A DNA stretch of 64,000 nt. Source: Eledone cirrhosa. Taxonomy: Eukaryota. Position 1 is the first letter of the stretch. Every line of letters starts with the position of its first letter. This document shows positions 39,701 through 54,700 of this stretch, one piece after another. Made by a program: the position numbers and the translations under genes. The notes under the pieces are model-generated. The model was not told the origin of the DNA and searched no databases. It saw only the letters and a program-made list of their open reading frames with translations. The stretch is from assembly GCA_964016885.1 (NCBI GenBank), contig CAXHJY010000928.1, forward strand, positions 868,001 to 932,000, given 5' to 3'.

Positions 39701-42700
39701 CCATACACATCACATGTCTATACCAACAGTCTCCTCTCATACACACTACATCTGATTTCTCTTATACCTAGTTTCTCTCTCAGTTCATCCATACAAATCA
39801 CATGTCTATACCAACACAGTCTTCTCTCCTACACACTACATCTGAGTCCTCTTATACCTAGTTTCTCTCTCACTTCATCCATACACATCACATGTTTATA
39901 CCAATACAGTCTCCTCTTCTACACTCTACATCTGATTCCTCTTATACCTAGTTTCCCTCTCAGTCCATCCATACACATCACATGTTATATACCAACACAG
40001 TCTCCTCTCCTACACTCTACATCTGATTCCTCTTATACCTAGTTTCTCTCTGAGTTCATCCATACACATCACATGTCTATACCAATACAGTCTCCTCTCC
40101 TACACACTACATCTGATTCCTCTTATACCTAGTTTCTCTCTCCATCCATACACATCACATGTCTATACCAACACAGTCTCCTCTCCTACACACTACATCT
40201 AATTCCTCTTATACCTAGTTTCTCTCTCAGTCCATCCATGCCCATCACATGTCTATACCAACACAGTCTCCTCTCCTACACACTACATCTAATTCCTCTT
40301 ATACCTAGTTTCTCTCTCAGTTCATCCACACACATCACATGTCTATACCCACACAGTCTCCTCTCCTACACACTACATCTGATACCTCTTATACCTAGTT
40401 TCTCTGTCAGTCCATGCATACACATCACATGTCTATACCAACACAGTCTCCTCTCCTACACACTACATCTGATTCCTCTAATACCTAGTTTCTCTGTCAG
40501 TCCATGCATACACATCACATGTCTATACCAACACAGTCTCCTCTCCTACACACTACATCTGATTCCTCTGATACCTAGTTTCTCTCTCAGTCCATCCCTA
40601 CACATCACATGTCTATACCAACACAATCTCTTCTCCTACGCACTACATCTGATTCCTCTTCTACCTAGTTTCTCTCAGTTCATCCATACACATCACATGT
40701 CTATACCAACAGTCTCCTCTCATACACACTACATCTGATTTCTCTTATACGTAGTTTCTCTCTCAGTCCATCCATACACATCACATGTCTATACCAACAC
40801 AGTCTCCTCTCCTACACACTACATCTGATTCTTCTCATACCTAGTTTCTCTCTCAGTTCATCCATACACATCACATGTCTATACCAACACAATCTCTTCT
40901 CCTACGCACTACATCTGATTCGTCTTATACCTAGTTTCTCTCTCCATCCATACACATCACATGTCTATACCAACAGTCTCCTCTCATACATACTACATCT
41001 GATTTCTCTTATACCTAGTTTCTCTCTCAGTTCATCCATTCACATCACATGTCTATACCAACACAATCTCTTCTCCTACGCACTACATCTGATTCCTCTT
41101 ATACCTAGTTTCTCTCTCCATCCATACACATCACATGTCTATGCCAACAGTCTCCTCTCATACATACTACATCTGATTTCTCTTATACCTAGTTTCTCCC
41201 TCAGTCCATCCATACACATCACATGTCTATACCAACACAGTCTCCTCTCCTACACACTACATCTGATTCCTCTAATACCTAGTTTCTCTGTCAGTCCATG
41301 CATACACATCACATGTCTATACCAACACAGTCTCCTCTCCTACACACTACATCTGATTCTTCTCATACCTAGTTTCTCTCTCAGTTCATCCATACACATC
41401 ACATGTCTATACCAACACAATCTCTTCTCCTACGCACTACATCTGATTCGTCTTATACCTAGTTTCTCTCTCCATCCATACACATCACATGTCTATACCA
41501 ACAGTCTCCTCTCATACATACTACATCTGATTTCTCTTATACCTAGTTTCTCTCTCAGTTCATCCATTCACATCACATGTCTATACCAACACAATCTCTT
41601 CTCCTACGCACTACATCTGATTCCTCTTATACCTAGTTTCTCTCTCCATCCATACACATCACATGTCTATGCCAACAGTCTCCTCTCATACATACTACAT
41701 CTGATTTCTCTTATACCTAGTTTCTCCCTCAGTCCATCCATACACATCACATGTCTATACCAACACAGTCTCCTCTCCTACACACTACATCTGATTCCTC
41801 TTATACCTAGTTTCTCTCTCACTTCATCCATACACATCACATGTCCCTACCAACACAGTCTCCTCTCCTATACACTACATCTGATTCTTCTTATACCTAG
41901 TTTCTCTCTCAGTCCATCCATACACATCACATAACTATACCAACACAGTCTCCTCTCCTACATCTGATTCCTCCTATACCTAGTTTCCCTCTCAGTTCAT
42001 CCATACACATCACATGTCTATACCAACACTCTCCTCTCCTACACACTACATCTGATTCCTCTGATACCTAGTTTCTCTCTCAGTTCCTCCATTCACATCA
42101 CATGTCTATACCAACACAATCTCTTCTCCTATACACTACATCTGATTCCTCTTATACCTAGTTTCTCTCTCAGTCCATCCATACACATCACATGTTATAT
42201 ACCAACACAGTCTCCTATCCTACGCACTACATCTGATTCCTCTTATACCTAGTTTCTCTCTCAGTCCATCCATACACATCACATGTCTATACCAACACAG
42301 TCTCCTCTCCTACACACTACATCTGATTCCTCTTATACCTAGTTTCTCTCTCAGTCCATCCATACACATCACATATCTCTACCAACACAGTCTCCTCTCC
42401 TACACACTACATCTGATTCCTCTTATAGCTAGTTTCTCTCTCCATCCATACACATCACATGTCTATACCAACACAGTCTCCTCTCCTACACACTACATCT
42501 AATTCCTCTTATACCTAGTTTCTCTCTCAGTCCATCCATGCCCATCACATGTCTATACCAACACAGTCTCCTCTCCTACACACTACATCTAATTCCTCTT
42601 ATACCTAGTTTCTCTCTCAGTTCATCCACACACATCACATGTCTATACCCACACAGTCTCCTCTCCTACACACTACATCTGATACCTCTTATACCTAGTT

Positions 42701-45700
42701 TCTCTGTCAGTCCATGCATACACATCACATGTCTATACCAACACAGTCTCCTCTCCTACACACTACATCTGATTCCTCTAATACCTAGTTTCTCTGTCAG
42801 TCCATGCATACACATCACATGTCTATACCAACACAGTCTCCTCTCCTACACACTACATCTGATTCCTCTGATACCTAGTTTCTCTCTCAGTCCATCCCTA
42901 CACATCACATGTCTATACCAACACAATCTCTTCTCCTACGCACTACATCTGATTCCTCTTCTACCTAGTTTCTCTCAGTTCATCCATACACATCACATGT
43001 CTATACCAACAGTCTCCTCTCATACACACTACATCTGATTTCTCTTATACGTAGTTTCTCTCTCAGTCCATCCATACACATCACATGTCTATACCAACAC
43101 AGTCTCCTCTCCTACATTTGATTCCTCTTATACCTAGTTTCTCTCTCAGTTCATCCATACACATCACATGTCTATACCAACACAGTCTCCTCTCCTACAC
43201 ACTACATCTGATTCTTCTCATACCTAGTTTCTCTCTCAGTTCATCCATACACATCACATGTCTATACCAACACAATCTCTTCTCCTACGCACTACATCTG
43301 ATTCCTCTTATACCTAGTTTCTCTCTCCATCCATACACATCACATGTCTATACCAACAGTCTCCTCTCATACATACTACATCTGATTTCTCTTATACCTA
43401 GTTTCTCTCTCAGTTCATCCATTCACATCACATGTCTATACCAACACAATCTCTTCTCCTACGCACTACATCTGATTCCTCTTATACCTAGTTTCTCTCT
43501 CCATCCATACACATCACATGTCTATGCCAACAGTCTCCTCTCATACATACTACATCTGATTTCTCTTATACCTAGTTTCTCTCTCAGTCCATCCATACAC
43601 ATCACATGTCTATACAAACACAGTCTCCTCTCCTACACACTACATCTGATTCCTCTTATACCTAGTTTCTCTCTCACTTCATCCATACACATCACATGTC
43701 CCTACCAACACAGTCTCCTCTCCTATACACTACATCTGATTCTTCTTATACCTAGTTTCTCTCTCAGTCCATCCATACACATCACATAACTATACCAACA
43801 CAGTCTCCTCTCCTACATCTGATTCCTCCTATACCTAGTTTCCCTCTCAGTTCATCCATACACATCACATGTCTATACCAACACTCTCCTCTCCTACACA
43901 CTACATCTGATTCCTCTTATACCTAGTTTCTCTCTCAGTTCCTCCATTCACATCACATGTCTATACCAACACAATCTCTTCTCCTATACACTACATCTGA
44001 TTCCTCTTATACCTAGTTTCTCTCTTAGTCCATCCATACACATCACATGTTATATACCAACACAGTCTCCTATCCTACGCACTACATCTGATTCCTCTTA
44101 TACCTAGTGTCTCTCTCAGTTCATCCATACACATCACATGTCTATACCAACACAGTCTCCTCTTCTACACACTATATCTGATTCCTCTCTTACCTAGTTT
44201 CTCTCTCAGTCCATCCATACACATCACGTGTCTATACCAACACCGTCTCCTCTCCTACACACTACATGTGATTCCTCTTCTACCTTATTTCTCTCTCCAT
44301 CCATACACATCACATGTCTATACCAACACAGTCTCCTCTCCTACACACTATATCTGATTCCACTCTTACCTAGTTTCTCTCTCCATCCATACACATCACA
44401 TGTCTATACCAACACAGTCTCCTCTCCTACACACTACATCTGATTCCTCTTATACCTAGTTTCTCTCTCAGTCCATCCATACACGTCACATGTCTATACC
44501 AACACAGTCTCCTCTCCTACACACTACATCTGATTCCTCTTATACCTAGTTTCTCTCAGTCCATCCATACACATCACATTTCTATACCAACACAGTCTCC
44601 TCTCCTACACACTACATCTGATTCCTCTTATACCTAGTTTCTCACTCAGTCCATCCGTACACATCACATGTCTATACCAATAGAGTCTCCTCTCCTACAC
44701 ACTACATCTGATTCCTCTAATACCTAGTTTCTCTCTCAGTTCATCCATACACATCACATGTCTATACCAACACAGTGTCCTCTCCTACACACTACATCTG
44801 ATTCCTCTTCTACCTAGTTTCTCACTCCATCCATACACATCACATGTCTATACCAACACAGGCTCCTCTCCTACATACCACATCTGATTCCTCTTATACC
44901 TCGTGTCTCTCTCAGTTCATCCATACACATCACATGTCTATACCAACAGTCTCCTCTCATACATACTACATCCAATTTCTCTTATACCTAGTTTCTCTCT
45001 CAGTCCTTCCATACACATCACATGTCTATACCAACACAGTCTTCTCGCCTACACACTACATCTGATTCCTCTGATACCTAGTTTCTCTCTCAGTCCATCC
45101 ATACACATCACATGTCTATACCAACACAGTCTCCTCTCCTACACACTACATCTGATTCCTCTTATACCTCGTTTCTCTCTCAGTCCGTCCATACACATCA
45201 CATTACTATACCAACACAGTCTCCTCTCCTACATCTGATTCCTCTTATACCTAGTTTCTCTCTCAGTCCATCCATACACATCACATGTTATATACCAACA
45301 CAGTCTCCTCTCCTACACACTATATCTGATTCCTCTCTTACCTAGTTTCTCTCTCCATCCATACACATCACATGTCTATACCAACACAGTCTCCTCTCCT
45401 ACACACTACATCTGATTCCACTTATACCTAGTTTCTCTGTCAGTCCATCCGTACACATCACATGTCTATACCAACACAGTCTCCTCTCCTACACACTACA
45501 TATGATTCCTCTTATACCTAGTTTCTCTCTCAGTTCATCCATACACATCACATGTCTATACCAACACAGTCTCCTCTCCTACATCTGATTCCTCTTATAC
45601 CTAGTTTCTCTCTCAGTTCATCCATACACATCACATGTCTATACCAACACAGTCTCCTCTCCTACACACTACATCTGATTCCTCTTATACCTAGTTTCTC

Positions 45701-48700
45701 CCTCAGTTCATCCATACACATCACATGTCTATACCAACAGAGTCTCCTCTCCTACACACTACATCTGATTCCTCTTATACCTAGTTTCTCTCCCAGTTCA
45801 TCCATACACATCACATGTCTATACCAATACAGTCTCCTCTCCTACACACTACATCTGATTCCTCTTATACCTAGTTTCTCTCCCAGTCCATCCATACACA
45901 TCACATAACTATACTAACACAGTCTCCTCTCCTACATCTGATTCCTCTTATACCTAGTTTCTCTCTCAGTCCATCCATACACATCACATGTTATATACCA
46001 ACACAGTCTCCTCTCCTACACACTACATCTGATTCCTCCTATACCTAGTTTCTCTCTCAGTTCATCCATACACATCACATGTCTATACCAACACAGTCTC
46101 CTCTCCTACATTTGATTCCTCTTATATCTAGTTTCTCTCTCAGTTCATCCATACACATCACATGTCTATACCAACAGAGTCTCCTCTCCTACACACTACA
46201 TCTGATTCCTCTTATACCTAATTTCTCTCTCAGTTCATCCATTCACATCACATGTCTATGCCAACACAATCTCTTCTCCTACGCACTACATCTGATTCCT
46301 CTTCTACCTAGTTTCTCTCTCCATCCATACACATCACATGTCTATACCAACAGAGTCTCCTCTCCTACACACTACATCTGATTCCTCTTATACCTAGTGT
46401 CTCTCTCAGTTCATCCATACACATCACATGTCTATACCAACAGTCTCCTCTCATACACACTACATCTGATTTCTCTTATACCTAGTTTCTCTCTCAGTTC
46501 ATCCATACAAATCACATGTCTATACCAACACAGTCTTCTCTCCTACACACTACATCTGAGTCCTCTTATACCTAGTTTCTCTCTCACTTCATCCATACAC
46601 ATCACATGTTTATACCAATACAGTCTCCTCTTCTACACTCTACATCTGATTCCTCTTATACCTAGTTTCCCTCTCAGTCCATCCATACACATCACATGTT
46701 ATATACCAACACAGTCTCCTCTCCTACACTCTACATCTGATTCCTCTTATACCTAGTTTCTCTCTGAGTTCATCCATACACATCACATGTCTATACCAAT
46801 ACAGTCTCCTCTCCTACACACTACATCTGATTCCTCTTATACCTAGTTTCTCTCCCAGTTCATCCATACACATCACATATCTCTACCAACACAGTCTCCT
46901 CTCCTACACACTACATCTGATTCCTCTTATAGCTAGTTTCTCTCTCCATCCATACACATCACATGTCTATACCAACACAGTCTCCTCTCCTACACACTAC
47001 ATCTAATTCCTCTTATACCTAGTTTCTCTCTCAGTCCATCCATGCCCATCACATGTCTATACCAACACAGTCTCCTCTCCTACACACTACATCTAATTCC
47101 TCTTATACCTAGTTTCTCTCTCAGTTCATCCACACACATCACATGTCTATACCCACACAGTCTCCTCTCCTACACACTACATCTGATACCTCTTATACCT
47201 AGTTTCTCTGTCAGTCCATGCATACACATCACATGTCTATACCAACACAGTCTCCTCTCCTACACACTACATCTGATTCTTCTTATACCTAGTTTCTCTG
47301 TCAGTCCATCCATACACATCACATAACTATACCAACACAGTCTCCTCTCCTACATCTGATTCCTCCTATACCTAGTTTCCCTCTCAGTTCATCCATACAC
47401 ATCACATGTCTATACCAACACTCTCCTCTCCTACACACTACATCTGATTCCTCTTATACCTAGTTTCTCTCTCAGTTCCTCCATTCACATCACATGTCTA
47501 TACCAACACAATCTCTTCTCCTATACACTACATCTGATTCCTCTTATACCTAGTTTCTCTCTCAGTCCATCCATACACATCACATGTTATATACCAACAC
47601 AGTCTCCTATCCTACGCACTACATCTGATTCCTCTTATACCTAGTTTCTCTCTCAGTCCATCCATACACATCACATGTCTATACCAACACAGTCTCCTCT
47701 CCTACACACTACATCTGATTCCTCTTATACCTAGTGTCTCTCTCAGTTCATCCATACACATCACATGTCTATACCAACACAGTCTCCTCTTCTACACACT
47801 ATATCTGATTCCTCTCTTACCTAGTTTCTCTCTCAGTCCATCCATACACATCACATGTCTATACCAACACCGTCTCCTCTCCTACACACTACATGTGATT
47901 CCTCTTCTACCTTATTTCTCTCTCCATCCATACACATCACATGTCTATACCAACACAGTCTCCTCTCCTACACACTCTATCTGATTCCACTCTTACCTAG
48001 TTTCTCTCTCCATCCATACACATCACATGTCTATACCAACACAGTCTCCTCTCCTACACACTACATCTGATTCCTCTTATACCTAGTTTCTCTCTCAGTC
48101 CATCCATACACATCACATGTCTATACCAACACAGTCTCCTCTCCTACACACTACATCTGATTCCTCTTATACCTAGTTTCTCTCAGTCCATCCATACACA
48201 TCACATTTCTATACCAACACAGTCTCCTCTCCTACACACTACATCTGATTCCTCTTATACCTAGTTTCTCTCTCAGTCCATCCATACACATCACATGTCT
48301 ATACCAATAGAGTCTCATCTCCTACACACTACATCTGATTCCTCTAATACCTAGTTTCTCTCTCAGTTCATCCATACACATCACATGTCTATACCAACAC
48401 AGTGTCCTCTCCTACACACTACATCTGATTCCTCTTCTACCTAGTTTCTCACTCCATCCATACACATCACATGTCTATACCAACACAGGCTCCTCTCCTA
48501 CATACTACATCTGATTCCTCTTATACCTCGTGTCTCTCTCAGTTCATCCATAGACATCACATGTCTATACCAACAGTCTCCTCTCATACATACTACATCC
48601 GATTTCTCTTATACCTAGTTTCTCTCTCAGTCCTTCCATACACATCACATGTCTATACCAACACAGTCTTCTCGCCTACACACTACATCTGATTCCTCTG

Positions 48701-51700
48701 ATACCTAGTTTCTCTCTCAGTCCATCCATACACATCACATGTCTATACCAACACAGTCTCCTCTCCTACACACTACATCTGATTCCTCTTATACCTCGTT
48801 TCTCTATCAGTCCGTCCATACACATCACATAACTACACCAACACAGTCTCCTCTCCTACATCTGATTCCTCTTATACCTAGTTTCTCTCTCAGTCCATCC
48901 ATACACATCACATGTTATATACCAACACAGTCTCCTCTCCTACACACTATATCTGATTCCTCTCTTACCTAGTTTCTCTCTCCATCCATACACATCACAT
49001 GTCTATACCAACACAGTCTCCTCTCCTACACACTACATCTGATTCCACTTATACCTAGTTTCTCTGTCAGTCCATCCGTACACATCACATGTCTATACCA
49101 ACACAGTCTCCTCTCCTACACACTACATCTGATTCCTCTTATACCTAGTTTCTCTCTCAGTTCATCCATACACATCACATGTCTATACCAACACAGTCTC
49201 CTCTCCTACATCTGATTCCTCTTATACCTAGTTTCTCTCTCAGTTCATCCATACACATCACATGTCTATACCAACACAGTCTCCTCTCCTACACACTACA
49301 TCTGATTCCTCTTATACCTAGTTTCTCCCTCAGTTCATCCATACACATCACATGTCTATACCAACAGAGTCTCCTCTCCTACACACTACATCTGATTCCT
49401 CTTATACCTAGTGTCTCACTCAGTTCATCCATACACATCACATGTCTATACCAACAGTCTCCTCTCATACACACTACATCTGATTTCTCTTATACCTAGT
49501 TTCTCTCTCAGTTCATCCATACAAATCACATGTCTATACCAACACAGTCTTCTCTCCTACACACTACATCTGAGTCCTCTTATACCTAGTTTCTCTCTCA
49601 CTTCATCCATACACATCACATGTTTATACCAATACAGTCTCCTCTTCTACACTCTACATCTGATTCCTCTTATACCTAGTTTCCCTCTCAGTCCATCCAT
49701 ACACATCACATGTTATATACCAACACAGTCTCCTCTCCTACACTCTACATCTGATTCCTCTTATACCTAGTTTCTCTCTGAGTTCATCCATACACATCAC
49801 ATGTCTATACCAATACAGTCTCCTCTCCTACACACTACATCTGATTCCTCTTATACCTAGTTTCTCTCCCAGTTCATCCATACACATCACATATCTCTAC
49901 CAACACAGTCTCCTCTCCTACACACTACATCTGATTCCTCTTATAGCTAGTTTCTCTCTCCATCCATACACATCACATGTCTATACCAACACAGTCTCCT
50001 CTCCTACACACTACATCTAATTCCTCTTATACCTAGTTTCTCTCTCAGTCCATCCATGCCCATCACATGTCTATACCAACACAGTCTCCTCTCCTACACA
50101 CTACATCTAATTCCTCTTATACCTAGTTTCTCTCTCAGTTCATCCACACACATCACATGTCTATACCCACACAGTCTCCTCTCCTACACACTACATCTGA
50201 TACCTCTTATACCTAGTTTCTCTGTCAGTCCATGCATACACATCACATGTCTATACCAACACAGTCTCCTCTCCTACACACTACATCTGATTCCTCTAAT
50301 ACCTAGTTTCTCTGTCAGTCCATGCATACACATCACATGTCTATACCAACACAGTCTCCTCTCCTACACACTACATCTGATTCCTCTGATACCTAGTTTC
50401 TCTCTCAGTCCATCCCTACACATCACATGTCTATACCAACACAATCTCTTCTCCTACGCACTACATCTGATTCCTCTTCTACCTAGTTTCTCTCAGTTCA
50501 TCCATACACATCACATGTCTATACCAACAGTCTCCTCTCATACACACTACATCTGATTTCTCTTATACCTAGTTTCTCTCTCAGTCCATCCATACACATC
50601 ACATGTCTATACCAACACAGTCTCCTCTCCTACATTTGATTCCTCTTATACCTAGTTTCTCTCTCAGTTCGTCCATACACATCACATGTCTATACCAACA
50701 CAGTCTCCTCTCCTACACACTACATCTGATTCTTCTCATACCTAGTTTCTCTCTCAGTTCATCCATACACATCACATGTCTATACCAACACAATCTCTTC
50801 TCCTACGCACTACATCTGATTCCTCTTATACCTAGTTTCTCTCTCCATCCATACACATCACATGTCTATACCAACAGTCTCCTCTCATACATACTACATC
50901 TGATTTCTCTTATACCTAGTTTCTCTCTCAGTTCATCCATTCACATCACATGTCTATACCAACACAATCTCTTCTCCTACGCACTACATCTGATTCCTCT
51001 TATACCTAGTTTCTCTCTCCATCCATACACATCACATGTCTATGCCAACAGTCTCCTCTCATACATACTACATCTGATTTCTCTTATACCTAGTTTCTCT
51101 CTCAGTCCATCCATACACATCACATGTCTATACCAACACAGTCTCCTCTCCTACACACTACATCTGATTCCTCTTATACCTAGTTTCTCTCTCAGTTCAT
51201 CCATACACATCACATGTCCCTACCAACACAGTCTCCTCTCCTACACACTACATCTGATTCTTCTTATACCTAGTTTCTCTCTCAGTCCATCCATACACAT
51301 CACATAACTATACCAACACAGTCTCCTCTCCTACATCTGATTCCTCCTATACCTAGTTTCCCTCTCAGTTCATCCATACACATCACATGTCTATACCAAC
51401 ACTCTCCTCTCCTACACACTACATCTGATTCCTCTTATACCTAGTTTCTCTCTCAGTTCCTCCATTCACATCACATGTCTATACCAACACAATCTCTTCT
51501 CCTATACACTACATCTGATTCCTCTTATACCTAGTTTCTCTCTCAGTCCATCCATACACATCACATGTTATATACCAACACAGTCTCCTATCCTACGCAC
51601 TACATCTGATTCCTCTTATACCTAGTTTCTCTCTCAGTCCATCCATACACATCACATGTCTATACCAACACAGTCTCCTCTCCTACACACTATATCTGAT

Positions 51701-54700
51701 TCCTCTCTTACCTAGTTTCTCTCTCAGTCCATCCATACACATCACATGTCTATACCAACACCGTCTCCTCTCCTACACACTACATGTGATTCCTCTTCTA
51801 CCTTATTTCTCTCTCCATCCATACACATCACATGTCTATACCAACACAGTCTCCTCTCCTAGACACTATATCTGATTCCACTCTTACCTAGTTTCTCTCT
51901 CCATCCATACACATCACATGTCTATACCAACACAGTCTCCTCTCCTACACACTAAATCTGATTCCTCTTATACCTAGTTTCTCTCTCAGTCCATCCATAC
52001 ACATCACATGTCTATACCAACACAGTCTCCTCTCCTACACACTACATCTGATTCCTCTTATACCTAGTTTCTCTCAGTCCATCCATACACATCACATTTC
52101 TATACCAACACAGTCTCCTCTCCTACACACTACATCTGATTCCTCTTATACCTAGTTTCTCTCTCAGTCCATCCATACACATCACATGTCTATACCAATA
52201 GAGTCTCCTCTCCTACACACTACATCTGATTCCTCTAATACCTAGTTTCTCTCTCAGTTCATCCATACACATCACATGTCTATACCAACACAGTGTCCTC
52301 TCCTACACACTACATCTGATTCCTCTTCTACCTAGTTTCTCAGTCCATCCATACACATCACATGTCTATACCAACACAGGCTCCTCTCCTACATACTACA
52401 TCTGATTCCTCTTATACCTCGTGTCTCTCTCAGTTCATCCATACACATCACATGTCTATACCAACAGTCTCCTCTCATACATACTACATCCGATTTCTCT
52501 TATACCTAGTTTCTCTCTCAGTCCTTCCATACACATCACATGTCTATACCAACACAGTCTTCTCGCCTACACACTACATCTGATTCCTCTGATACCTAGT
52601 TTCTCTCTCAGTCCATCCATACACATCACATGTCTATACCAACACAGTCTCCTCTCCTACACACTACATCTGATTCCTCTTATACCTCGTTTCTCTCTCA
52701 GTCCGTCCATACACATCACATAACTATACCAACACAGTCTCCTCTCCTACATCTGATTCCTCTTATACCTAGTTTCTCTCTCAGTCCATCCATACACATC
52801 ACATGTTATATACCAACACAGTCTCCTCTCCTACACACTATATCTGATTCCTCTCTTACCTAGTTTCTCTCTCCATCCATACACATCACATGTCTATACC
52901 AACAGTCTCCTCTCATACATACTACATCTGATTTCTCTTATACCTAGTTTCTCTCTCAGTTCATCCATTCACATCACATGTCTATACCAACACAATCTCT
53001 TCTCCTACGCACTACATCTGATTCCTCTTATACCTAGTTTCTCTCTCCATCCATACACATCACATGTCTATGCCAACAGTCTCCTCTCATACATACTACA
53101 TCTGATTTCTCTCATACCTAGTTTCTCTCTCAGTCCATCCATACACATCACATGTCTATACCAACACAGTCTCCTCTCCTACACACTACATCTGATTCCT
53201 CTTATACCTAGTTTCTCTCTCAGTTCATCCATACACATCACATGTCCCTACCAACACAGTCTCCTCTCCTACACACTACATCTGATTCCTCTTATACCTA
53301 GTTTCTCTCTCAGTTCCTCCATTCACATCACATGTCTATACCAACACAATCTCTTCTCCTAAACACTACATCTGATTCCTCTTATACCTAGTTTCTCTCT
53401 CAGTCCATCCATACACATCACATGTTATATACCAACACAGTCTCCTATCCTACGCACTACATCTGATTCCTCTTATACCTAGTTTCTCTCTCAGTCCATC
53501 CATACACATCACATGTTTATACCAACACAGTCTCCTCTCCTACACACTACATCTGATTCCTCTTATACCTAGTGTCTCTCTCAGTTCATCCATACACATC
53601 ACATGTCTATACCAACACAGTCTCCTCTTCTACACACTATATCTGATTCCTCTCTTACCTAGTTTCTCTCTCAGTCCATCCATACACATCACATGTCTAT
53701 ACCAACACCGTCTCCTCTCCTACACACTACATGTGATTCCTCTTCTACCTTATTTCTCTCTCCATCCATACACATCACATGTCTATACCAACACAGTCTC
53801 CTCTCCTACACACTATATCTGATTCCAGTCTTACCTAGTTTCTCTCTCCATCCATACACATCACATGTCTATACCAACACAGTCTCCTCTCCTACACACT
53901 AAATCTGATTCCTCTTATACCTAGTTTCTCTCTCAGTCCATCCATACACATCACATGTCTATACCAACACAGTCTCCTCTCCTACACACTACATCTGATT
54001 CCTCTTATACCTAGTTTCTCTCAGTCCATCCATACACATCACATTTCTATACCAATACAGTCTCCTCTCCTACACACTACATCTGATTCCTCTTATACCT
54101 AGTTTCTCTCTCAGTCCATCCATACACATCACATGTCTATACCAATAGAGTCTCCTCTCCTACACACTACATCTGATTCCTCTAATACCTAGTTTCTCTC
54201 TCAGTTCATCCATACACATCACATGTCTATACCAACACAGTGTCCTCTCCTACACACTACATCTGATTCCTCTTCTACCTAGTTTCTCACTCCTACCATA
54301 CACATCACATGTCTATACCAACACAGGCTCCTCTCCTACATACTACATCTGATTCCTCTTATACCTCGTGTCTCTCTCAGTTCATCCATACACATCACAT
54401 GTCTATACCAACAGTCTCCTCTCATACATACTACATCCGATTTCTCTTATACCTAGTTTCTCTCTCAGTCCTTCCATACACATCACATATCTATACCAAC
54501 ACAGTCTTCTCGCCTACACACTACATCTGATTCCTCTGATACCTAGTTTCTCTCTCAGTCCATCCATACACATCACATGTCTATACCAACACAGTCTCCT
54601 CTCCTACACACTACATCTGATTCCTCTTATACCTCGTTTCTCTCTCAGTCCGTCCATACACATCACATAACTATACCAACACAGTCTCCTCTCCTACATC